NCBI GenBank assembly: GCA_002633005.1
Contig: NMRA01000256.1
Span: 62,001-126,000, forward strand
DNA: 64,000 bases
Reading direction: 5' to 3'
Source: Phoronis australis
Lineage: Eukaryota; Animalia; Phoronida
The notes beneath the pieces were generated by a model, which was given only the letters and a program-made list of their open reading frames with translations, had not been told where the DNA came from and made no database searches. The translations under genes were made by a program, and so were the position numbers. Below, one piece after another: positions 52,658-64,000 of this stretch. The stretch's first letter is position 1, and the number at the start of each line of letters is the position of its first letter.

Positions 52658-54729
52658 ACTCTTAAATTTCAAGATTTTTTTTATGTTTGCATTATGCAAC
52701 TATCAATCACTGTTAACTAAAGTGGTAACAGTAATTTCTAAATAAGCTATACAAACTTTGACCAGACTCTTGTCAGACGTAATACTTTGACAAACTTCTT
52801 GCCAGATTCTTGTTAGTTAAGTCGAATTTTTGACATAATTAAAACTGGCAATTTTTTAAACTGAATTTTTTGAAACTTTAGTAGAGTTGAATGGACGTTG
52901 CTATGCCTTGCATAGTATGTTGTTGAGATTTGACAGACTGTATGGTGCAAAACCGGTCAAGATTTAGTCAGCACTGAAATGAAATACAAGCGAAAAAATT
53001 GGTATTTCGTCAAAACTTTTTGATTTTCGATGGTGTCCAGTTTATTTTGAAAACTAACTGTAGCAGGCTCCATCTGCAGCCATTGTGGCAGGCAGACCTA
53101 CAAAAAATGCACTCTAAAATTGTTTACATTGTGTGAACTCCCGTCACAAAAACATTGCTATTTAGACCACTTCACATGGAATTTTCCTTAAATTGTTCTG
53201 GCCATTGTCAGACGAGAGGCTTGGAAAAAACTGGCATTTTGTTATTGCTCAAGACCAGCTTCCACAAATTAACTAGTCACAGCATCTCATTTTATACTTG
53301 CCATTGCCAGCCAAATGGCTGAAATCAAGGACGGTGTCAACCATTAAATATATTTTCCTCCTCTGCAACAATCAACACTGCATATTGTGACTAGAGATTG
53401 ATATTTCAAGTGAACGTTACCTCCAAAAACCACTCACCGACAGTTTTTTAAATAAGACAATAAAGAACAATTCAAGCATCTATAAACCTAAACCAACATC
53501 CCATGAAAAAAGTGATCTTTTCATTAACACCACTTACCGCTGTAAAATTGCTCTCAAATTTAAAGTGATTTGTGGGCTTGCAAACAAAATGACAGTTTGT
53601 AATTCCTCAAGACCATGGTCAGTGCATAAAACTCAGTAACAAGCCAACTTGTAGATCCCAGTCTAGAGCAATAACAAAATGTCAAGTCTTTCGAAGCACT
53701 GCAATCACTTCCAATATGACTAAGGTAAAATTTGAGATCAGTTTCACAACAGTACGTGGTCTAAATTAAAATACCGTTCTTGTGATGGGAGATGAGTTTA
53801 TAGACACTTTAATCATTTGCAACTGCATAGAAATGCAATTTGTAATGGAGACAGCAAATAGAAAAGAGAAAAACAAAACTTCACAAAGTTTCATTAATTT
53901 TGTTAAAGCATAATCACGAGGATACAACCAACAGGTGGAGAACAGCAACCTACATGTACATCATCTCACAAACTCGACTTGTACAATGATATGATATTGT
54001 ATATGTATACAACGCGAACACAAAATGTTACTGATAAAAGTAATGTTGCTACCTTCCAATCAATGCTGTGGCTAAATCATTAGATTTTTTGGTGTCAAGC
54101 GTTACAGGAAGGTTGTGCAACCTCATGCCTATGAATTAAGACAAAACTGATATATCTTCAATAGCAACACCTCATTCATTCAACAAATCACCCCAAAACA
54201 GAAAAATGTTAGATAATTAGTAATAGCCCACATTCCACATGAAACTGCAGGTTTAAAAACATAATTGAACGATGAGACAGTTTAGTGTTGTACAAAGTTA
54301 ATGATTGACAATGTAAAGAGAAACACGCAGACATACGCAACTTATAACCACTTGATAGTAAATTCCAAGAACCTCTAAATACAACAGGTGAGATTTTAGT
54401 AGCACTGTAAACCAAAACAAAGTACACAAACCAAATTGTATATGCTGCTAAAAAATTTGAAAGACAAAAAATGAAAATCTAACTCAAACAAAACGTTACA
54501 CTTTAATTCTCAGTTGCCTTTAAAATGGCTTCAGAAAAATAGTAGCTTAATTGTCAAAAGAGCACCACTCCCCATTATGATTAGAAAATTCCAAAAACCC
54601 AGATTTAAACTAGTCCAAGGGAGGATTTCATCTTAACTTGAAATCAACTAAATTTTTTTCAAATGAATTGAAATATGATTTTTTTGAAAATAGAACACAA
54701 TAAGAAAAAATAGTTCACGGGACAATTTC

Positions 54730-57700
54730 TTAAGCAAACGACATGACCGTATTCTTAATGATGCCGATGCACTCTTCCAATTCGTTGTCGTTGATCACGA
54801 GGGGCGGAGCAAATCTGATGATGTCACCATGGGTGGGCTTAGCTAGCAGACCGTTCTCTCTCAAGCGAAGACAGACTTCCCAGGCATCAAAAGCTTGAAA
54901 ACATCAGAAAACGATACAATTTGCGAGAATACCAAAGAGTCACTGTACAAAGAAAGTCTGGCACAACTCATACCCAGACAAAAAAGGTTTTTTAATAACT
55001 TCTAATTTGAATGCTTAGATGGAGTGATGAACAACCCTTGATAGGTTTTGATTTAAGAACTCAAAGCTCAAAGCTTCCTGAAAAGCCTGAACCTTTTAGC
55101 TTAAATTGGGTAGGAGTGGTGTGACCAATTTCATCATTTTCTATCAAAAACTATTTCCAAAAAAATAATTATGCAAAACGTGCAGCATATTCAGTTACAC
55201 CTGCAACTTTGTTTGATCAAAAGTTAAAGTGTTTGAAATGATTTTTATATGAATTTATATACTAAAAATTCCTAGGAATGGAATCATGTGATAAAAATGG
55301 CTGCCAAAAATTCATCTGGTTAAAGTGAACATTTAAAGGCGGAGGCAACCTTTTTTCATGTCATTTTTAGCAAAAATAAGGTTCGTCGATTATCCCAGAC
55401 ATATTTTTCAGTTAATTATAGCGTTTTGTAATTTAAACAATTACCCGTCCTCTACTCCGGAAGTGACGTTTTGGGAGGCAAAAATTTCGCGAAAAAAGGT
55501 CGCTTTCACCTTTAATAAGTCAAAGGAGGTATTCCACACAAATGCTGCCATGACTGGTATCAGACTGCTGATCATTCAGTCAAATAAAATGGGGGTGTAA
55601 TCTCATAGGAGACATTGAAGATAATGTAGAATGTATTTTGGAAAGAATGTCAAAAGCACAATTGGATCTCTGTACTCTTACTGAACAACCCAAGCTGGTA
55701 AAAAACAAATAACGGCAACAGACCCATTCAAGTTGTATGTGCAGGTTATAAAGCAATATGTCACCAAACAATTTCAAAGTGACAAACTGACAATATCTGC
55801 ATTTTAATTGAGAACGAGACTTGGACAGACAGAAAACCCATAGCTCAAGCCACAATTTGGTTCAATCCACAGTAGAGCTTTCAAAAACAAAGTTTATGAA
55901 ACCTCTTCTTGGAAATTGTCAAAGTATCGGAGTAGAAGCTTTCGTCAATTTTTTTAACAAACAAAAAATAGGCATGACAACTTATCTTTCACCTGGCTTC
56001 TTTTGAGGAACTCATTGTTAATTTCACAAAATTAGACGAAGTATGACACCTGGGTTGATGACTCACCTGGGTTGATGACAATAGCGTTCAACAGCCCTTT
56101 GCCCCTGACTTGTGACACGACATCCTTAGGCATCTTAGATAGTTCCTGTCTCAGCACAGCGCCGAGGCGGGCGGAATTTTGCGCCAAGTTTTCTTCTTCC
56201 AACACCTTGAAAAAAGTGAAAAATTCACCATCAAAAACACAAAGGGAGTCCGTGATGGTGTGTTGCTTTCAGCATGCTCTAAGTTTCATTTCCATTCCAA
56301 AGTTCACGCAGTAAGCGCACCAAGTGAAATCAGTAATGCAACACAGTCAAATTTCTAAAACAGAGGTCAAGGAGTTGTGTGGATTTTAAGGCAAGAATGT
56401 ACGAACAAAGAATTAGAACTACAAGACACTTCAGCCTTATTTCTATTTCAGCCCTTGTGGATTACTTCAGTGTGTTTACCTCAAGTGCTGCCATAGCAAC
56501 AGAGCATGCCAATGGATTTCCTCCATAGGTGGAGCCATGTTCACCAGGCTTGATTTGCAGCATGATGTCATCATCACAAAGAACAGCGGCAACCTGGGAT
56601 TGAATGAGATTTTACATAGAATATCAAAATACATAAAAATAAACATCATGCCCTTTACTCACACATACACAGAATCTACTCGGTCAATAAAAATACACTG
56701 TTAGTTAGTTTCAAAATAAACTGAATGATGCCACCTTTGTTGAATTTTTTTAATTAATAAGCGAGCTCATTTCAATTCTCTGGCTCAATCTTGAGAGGTG
56801 TTGCTCCACACAATTTGTTGAAATGCGACAAGTTCATTCAAAAATAAAAGTTATCAGCTAGGTGTCATGACGAATCATTCAACTCCGTCCAAATTTTAAC
56901 AAAAAGGCTACTTTACTGAGACAAAAATTGTGAAAAGTGAAACTGCAAAATAACTCTGGCAAGAAGTTTGTCAAAGTTTGACAGATTCTGGCATATTTCT
57001 GTCATAAAATTCTTCATAAGAGATATGATTTGTAGATGTCTATTGCGATTGCATAATCAGCAAATCAAAATTATCAAATAGTGGAAGTATATACAGTTTT
57101 AAATATTTCAACATAACATTGAAACATAAGAAGACATAATTTCTACTCACATGGTAATATTAAGCAAGGTAAGCATATCAGAAATATTGGAAGACAGTCC
57201 GATAAAGCTAATTATTTTGAAAAGAATGTCACTGTCAATCATAATGTATTCTTGTTTAACGTCTGACTCATGATACTTTTCAGGCAGAGTAAAGTGAAGA
57301 AGACTTATAACAATCTATCAGCTCACGGGATAGACGCCTCCTGATAAAGCTTTGCCCAGCAGAACAATATCTGGTCGCACGTCCTCATGGTCAACACACA
57401 GTCGCCTGAAACGGAGCAAGTGTCAATCAAATCTTCAGAATAGACATCTTGAGTGCAATCACAAGTCTGACATGATTTCACCTTTGTAAAGTCCTGTAGT
57501 TAAATCCCCATGCATTGCTATTAGGTCATGTCCAAAGTGCAGAACTGCTGTAAATCAAGCAGCAATCAATGAACTCCATCTAGTCCAAAGTTTTACGAGA
57601 TGTAAACTTGCCGCATTAAAAACCTTTTAAAAGGGTTTCACCTAAGAAATGACAAACCAAGACAAAGGTGTTTTAAGACGGAACTTCACGGAGCATTGAA

Positions 57701-60700
57701 ATTGCTACCAAACATGGTTTCAGGAAACAAAATTTCTTCGTAGGTATATCGTATTCTTCGAACTCAAGTAATATCATAATTTGCCGTTCTTGTTTTAAAA
57801 TTTCAATTGGTTACAATGAGGTCTGGATGGCATTATTTTTTGTCTAGTCACATGCAGGATTGGACACCTAGTTGTAATGTTTACACTGTCTGGGCATTGG
57901 AGTTATATCGTGGTCAGAAAATTCTAGTCACCGAATTGTTCTGTCCTAGGATTGGAATGACAAATGAGAAAAAAGGAAAAATTCACAGGCAATGTATCAT
58001 TCCAACTGACACCAACCATCATCACAGACAATGTTGGAAATTTACAGCACTATGTGTCAAGTGAAGGGGTTTGCCAGAATTGCCATTGGGGCACTAAGGG
58101 CTGTTCCAGTAAAATCTGTGTGGCAGGGGGGGAAGGCACCTTTTTTCGCACCCACCACCCATATTTTTTATTTATTTCTTCAGCCTACCACCCGTAATTT
58201 TTCATAAGTTTGAAATGCAACCACCCGTAATTTTTTTTGTTCTTGTGGTTGACTGCACAGGCGCTTGAGTTTATCTGTTCCTCCATCACCACTAACGTCA
58301 TTCATTACTAAGAAAACATGTTTCTTATATATGGTTATTAGCCATCGAGAAATTCGAGCAAATGTGGTTAAATGGTGTTATGGGCATGCCGATGAGGAGA
58401 TCGGAGGGAGTGAAAAAGTCGGAGCTTTTTGCAAGTTGCATTTTTGTTTCAGTTTTTGATTCTGTGTGGATTGTTTATAGAATTTACTGAAATTACCCAC
58501 CATCAAACATTTATGGCCCAATGAAACAACAACGACCTGTAAATTTTTATTTTTTTGAAGTACGACCACCAGCCATTTTGAATTTAAATCAAACGCAACC
58601 ACCCATAAATTTTTAATTCAGTTGCCTTCCCCCCCCCCCCTCCCACACAGATTTTGCTGGAACAGCCCTAAGCAAAATTCACACTGCCAGAGATTTTTTA
58701 CATTCTTATGTCATTGGCAATCTCCTTGAACACGTAATTGCCTGGGTATCTCTTGGCTGCACATCAACAGACTACAGCTGTCAACCAGTAGATGTACGTC
58801 CACGAAAAAGAAGACAAGCAGAGCAATGACCACACTTTCAAAGGTGCAAAAAATCGACAAATTCAATCTAAAATAAAATAACACAAGATGGCTTAACCAG
58901 AAACAGAACACCTCGGTGGAAATCTAGAAGTTACGTTACCTCATGTTATTTCAGAACTTGGATTTTAGTTCTTTTGACAAGAGTAAATCCAAACAGAGCC
59001 AGACTGGTGACAGCAATAGATACAAGCTCCAACATAACAGGTGCACACGCTGAGTACCCAGCACGAGCACCTTCAATACCACCATTATCAACAAGGTAAT
59101 GTGACATTTTAACTTCAAAACGCATTTACCTTCCTGTTCTGTGCAACCCTGTTTGTACCTCATCAGCTATGAACAGGACGTTGTGCTTGCTGCAGATCTC
59201 CCGCACCCCCTTCAAGTAGCCATCGTCAGGCACCTTGACTCCTGCCTCTCCCTGGATCGGCTCTACCATAAATGCACAGACGTGGGGATCCTTGCAAGCC
59301 TCCTAAACACATGGAACAGTAAATATGACAAGTGCAAATTATCAGTAAAAAAAATTATTGATAGAAGATCAAAATTTTTGTGTCGATAAGTTGCAAAGGA
59401 AATATTTTAAGGAGTCACAGCAATCAAAATTCATTTTTCCTACATCGTGGAGAAGAGAATTCACAATGTATGACTGATCAACTTTTTGAAATGACTCAGT
59501 AACTTATGAGAAGAAAAAGAGAAGCAAAGGATACATTGTGTAACGAAGAATAATTATAATCCAGGTGATCACACAGCAAAGCAGCACTAAACAACTTGAA
59601 GTAACAATAGTGAAAACACCAGGGGGTCAAGTGCGTCACTGAGAATCTAAATCACCAAACACAGGTAAGGCATTTGAACTTGAGCAATTCCACCCAACTT
59701 CTGAAAGTAGATGCAACTAACAGTTTCAAAATAAAATTAAGTTCCGACACACAAAAACGTGACTGAATTCTTTTTGACCAGAGCATGTTTCCATGTGAGC
59801 AAATTCTCAACAAAATCTCAAAAGGTGTTGTTCCATGCACTTTATCAAAATCACAACACCTTGACTTCCAAGTCCATATACAAATAAAAATTAGCAATTA
59901 GGCACTATTACACGACATTAAACTCTGACTGAAGTGCTGACAAAATGTCATTTTTTATGACCAACATTTGACTGAACTGTCAAAGTCTAGCAAGAAGTTT
60001 GTCCGAGTTTGGCAGAGTTCTGACAAAATCTGTCTAGTTTACTTTGAAGATTGTCTGAAACACGTAATTGTGTGACCTACCTCCAAAGCATTCAGGTCAT
60101 TGTATGGAATAATGATATTGTTTGGCATGAATGGACCGAAGCCATCGTAGCTGCTGGGGTCTGTTGAGCTGGAAATGGCAGCTAATGTGCGACCCCAGAA
60201 ATTTTCTTCTGCGAAGATGGTCTTGGCCTGGTTTGTCGGCACCTTCTTAACGTTGTAGGCCCACTTGCGCGCCAGCTTGTTGGCAGTCTCACCCGCCTCA
60301 ACGCCTGACAACAAAATACAGACTGAGCCACCTGGAGTTTTATTGACCAATTGTGATAAATCCTGAGAAGATGAAGATCCTCTCCGCCTTGATTTCACTC
60401 AGTGTGTGGCAATGATTCCATGGTTGCACCTTTAAATATCAGCTTCAATCCACAAATTTCATTCTCGGCTACCTAAACTCGACACAAGCACCAAAACTAC
60501 TCCATACTGATGACTAACCTCTATCCATTGGGACACTAAACTATAGCTCCAGACTCACAACTGCAGTCCTTGGACACGGAGTCTATGCACCGTGTATGTG
60601 CATCTGGGCATGAATTTTTTTGAATGCTTGAACTGTGATTTGTGAGCCTAGTACTGAGTTTGAAAGTCTTGAGCTGTGTTTGTGAGTCTGGGCACAAGTT

Positions 60701-62598
60701 TGTAAGTCAGTAAACCGAGTTTATTGTGTCTGCGAGCTGTATTTATAAGTGTGAAGCTACGTTAACAAGTGCGTATAGGTAGCTTGTAGTAGATTTTATG
60801 TTCTTGAAACAACTGGTATTTCTCAAGCAACAAACCGATAGAATTTCTCCGACAGACATCCAAACGAACAAACGAGAGTGCTCTGACCAGAAACACCTGG
60901 CAAAATCAGTTGAAAAATTTGGTGTTGAGGTTGATGAAAACAAGAAGACCAACGACCACTACACCAATGTCCATCACAATGATATACGGTAAACGAAAAC
61001 CTAACAGAAGTGTATTGAGGAATTTGTCAATAAAAAGAATGGTCATCAAAACAGAAAATCTTGAATAACTCCAAAACTGTAAGTTGTTCTGAAATGGGAG
61101 GCACAATGCTGTTAGTGCTTCATGAGATATATACACGTAACAAATTTCCGCAATGATAAAAGTAAAATGGCCGCAGATTTAAACTAAAACCAATAGGCCT
61201 CGAAATATCAATGAGATGTATGTTGTGTGAAAATATCGTGTTGATGGGATGAAAAATGCAAACTGTAGAGAGCAAACAAATAAACAAAAAAAAACAAACT
61301 TCATACACAATTAAGGTACTTGAATGGAGGAATAAGTCGCGTGATCTGATACATGTTGCATCAGACGTGAACAGGTCACTCAGCCGGGCCCTTTGCACCA
61401 AACACCTGAAACCAATTATATTACATAACACACATAAACATACTACAGTCACAAATTAAGGCAGAGCTGCGGAGCTAGAGACTTGACTCAAGAGTCTAGC
61501 CATGTGGTCCAGTGACATTCGGACCTACGACCTTGTGAACAGGAAGTGGACACTGAACCCACTGAGCCACAATCCCCCATCAGGAATTTCATTTCACCAA
61601 GTATCAAACACACAAACCTGTGTTCATTGGGAGGACTTTATCATAACCAAACATTTTGGTAATGTACTCTTCATACATTCCAAGATTTGATGCGTAGAAA
61701 GCTCGCGAGGTCAGTGTCAGAGTCTCGGCTTGCTTCTGAAGCGCAGCCACAATCTTGGGGTGACAATGACCCTGGTTGACAGCACTGTAGGCACTCAGAA
61801 AGTCGAAGTAGCGATTACCATCAACGTCCCAGACATGAATACCTTTAATAAAAATTGGTAATAATGATGGCTGATAAAGCACAACAGGGGATTCATATTA
61901 AATAAAATAGCCTTCCGATGTTTGGTATGGCCTTTTATGATTTTTTTCAAAAGAAATGATCAGAAACACAGTTATTTAAAAACAAAATCAATAATTACAC
62001 CGTAGAGAAAATGTTCACAATAGTCATAATGATGGGCACAGAAAACCCCACTTGACAGACAGAAAGCAAAAAGAGTGAAACAAATGTCATGAACACTTGA
62101 ACGTGAAAAATGACAGCAAATGAACTTAACGTTTAAGGTTCATGTCTTTTGAATGCAGTGAAATTACAACATTTCAGGGCTTAATACGAAAGGCAAGAGG
62201 AATTAATATCTCATAAAAGGCAAGTAGCACCAACTAAGAGCATCATCACGGTTAAGTTCTATACAACAGTTACCATCCGACAGTGTTTAAATAAACTATA
62301 GTCATCCACAATATTTAAAGAATCTGAGTGAAAAACGAAAAAGGTCAATTATAGTCGTTATTTTTGTCTGAAGTTGGTGAAATTACTGTATCATTTGAGA
62401 ACACAGACCTTTCCCTCGGCACAGAGCAACAGGCAGAGGATGGTAATTGTGAGCACCATATTTATCTTCTCGATCAAAGACTTCCTCAGACAATGACGTC
62501 ATCTTGTCCGTTAGTCTGTTTGCAGCTGGAACGCCAGCATACCCCCTGCCCAGACTGGCCACCAGGTGTCGCTGTGTCTGTCGAAGTGCTGACAACAT
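54730..62598 (-). CDS. OAT: Ornithine aminotransferase, mitochondrial (class III PLP aminotransferase), 8 coding exons, ~435 aa
   Basis: Exons: 62598-62409, 61842-61618, 60304-60081, 59302-59130, 57405-57327, 56593-56480, 56205-56067, 54893-54730 (1308 nt including TAA, phases consistent). Arg-rich presequence [20 protein letters not shown]; [14 protein letters not shown]; [17 protein letters not shown]; [10 protein letters not shown]; IADEVQTGL; PLP lysine LGKALSGG; [10 protein letters not shown]; [19 protein letters not shown]. An acceptor AG 2 nt before the ATG implies a non-coding upstream exon, not located here. Confidence 0.97.
55337..55511. mobile_element. Kolobok-type MITE with TTAA TSD
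   Basis: TTAA-AGGCGGAGGCAACCTTTTTT ... AAAAAAGGTCGCTTTCACCT-TTAA: imperfect 20-bp TIR, AG..CT termini, TTAA on both sides. Confidence 0.75.
58098..58668. mobile_element. PIF/Harbinger-type MITE with ~40-bp TIR and TAA TSD
   Basis: GGGCTGTTCCAGTAAAATCTGTGTGG..GGGGAAGGCA versus TGCCTTCCCC..CCACACAGATTTTGCTGGAACAGCCC; TAA flanks both ends; internal CCACCC repeats. Confidence 0.88.
61500..61578 (-). mobile_element. tRNA-derived SINE head fragment in an OAT intron
   Basis: Reverse complement has A box TGGCTCAGTGG and a B-box-like GGTCCGAATG; no intact cloverleaf. Confidence 0.5.
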
Positions 62599-64000
62599 TT
62601 CTGGAAGGAACAACTTGATGTTGTGTGGAATTTCTACGGTATTTGCCACAACAATAGCAATTTGACAAATTTAACAACAAATACAGTAAAACTGATTAAG
62701 GTCATCTAGTACCAGAGAAAACGTGTCCAAATTTGGTCAACTTTGGTACATCATAGGTCAGATTTTTAGGACACTTTCAGATACTATGCGTCATGCACAG
62801 TTCTCTACAACGTTGTTGGGATTTGTTTTTAAAATGTTCCATATTTGTATAAGGGCTATAAAAATAACAATTTGGCAAATTCTCATGAAAAAAGTCTTAA
62901 GTTCATAAAACGAAAAGAAAAGGATAAATTAGAAAACAGTAACAGTTTTTTTGACATTACATCTTGAGTAAATATTCAACAAATATTTAGTCATGTTTTT
63001 GATTCTATAGGCCTAGTTTTAGTATTGATGTACCTAGTACCCCTTTTGCTAGATTATGTTACACATGGTGATGTGACCCATTTAATGGCAGACTGACAAG
63101 TCAAAAATAAAATTCTACAGTCTACAGGCTCTTTACTTTCACATATAACACATACCAATTTTTAACTTCAATCTATAGTTTTGTAGATACTTGGCTAAAT
63201 ACACACACACGTGATGATAATATCCTGCATAACTGGAGACAAAGACAGGAACAAGCAACACAGTCATGTATGAACGTTCACCATTTAGAGATTAGTGGAA
63301 TCTGTGCTGTCCTGATATGGCTCACAACATTACCACAGGTATTTTGTTAGAATATAACTCCACTATTAATACAGGCTTTGGCATGAAATGAAGCCAGTGT
63401 CTTTGGTCAAACATAGAGTGACCCTAGCATAAACAGAGTTAGGATGACTTGTTTCTAAGGCTTTTGTACCCTGGATCCGCCAATGCTTAATGACTGAAAT
63501 TTTTCTCAAAAGGTGACCTTATTCTGGGACACCTCCACAAACTCAAATTGGCAGAACTGGATCTCCATTACAACCACATCCCAGCAAGTTGCTTTTAAAT
63601 GCTGATATCAATCTGGTCTATTATTTAAGCATAGCGGGCCTTTTCCAGTATAACTCAATAATCTACCATACTTCATATTAAAGTTATGGGGAACCTTGGC
63701 AACTACACTGTACATTCAGCCAAAACAAAGCTACAGAATTATCTTAAATAGGTAAAATTTGATTTTTCTTCTTACATCAGTCTGCTATAGATAGGGTCGA
63801 ATGACCACCTCTTTTTAGTATAATTTAGCAAAAAGAAATAAAGCAGAATCAAAACAACGGTATTAATAACATGACCAAATTCCATTTTGATTTTAATGTC
63901 CACGATGTCTCACAAACACTGTAACAGTTACAGTTTTAAAAGTCCCTTCAATTTTATAGAAGTTGGCTGTCCATTAAAAACCATTTCCCTACCATACAGC

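Noticed and set aside
59159-59159. Apparent OAT donor GAG|GTACAA
   Set aside because: The following bases encode the conserved VQTGLHRTG, so the exon continues to 59130.

Overview
Eukaryotic, AT-rich, intron-rich animal genomic DNA, probably an invertebrate bilaterian; the species cannot be determined from the sequence. Three spliced protein-coding genes were reconstructed by hand with consistent splice phases. (1) A BTBD16 orthologue on the minus strand, ATG at 17560, at least 15 coding exons, running off the left edge. (2) A complete 17-exon PERK/EIF2AK3 gene on the plus strand (33925-51902, about 1079 aa) whose first intron appears to be GC-AG. (3) A complete mitochondrial ornithine aminotransferase CDS on the minus strand (62598-54730, 8 coding exons, about 435 aa), convergent with PERK. 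The 16 kb between BTBD16 and PERK holds many decayed transposons: an unclassified 2.8 kb TG..CA element with ~170 bp TIRs and a 6-bp TSD, a decayed Tx1/L1-type LINE, an Academ-like Cys-rich fragment, a decayed THAP domain, a decayed HIRAN domain and several MITEs. An 886-bp tandem duplication around a single N (2814) duplicates one BTBD16 exon and is most likely a haplotype-overlap assembly artefact. I found no convincing wholly new biological system. The best leads are the unclassified TIR element and possible ISR/UPR feedback signals (uORFs, AARE, XBP1-type site, GC donor) at the PERK 5' end.
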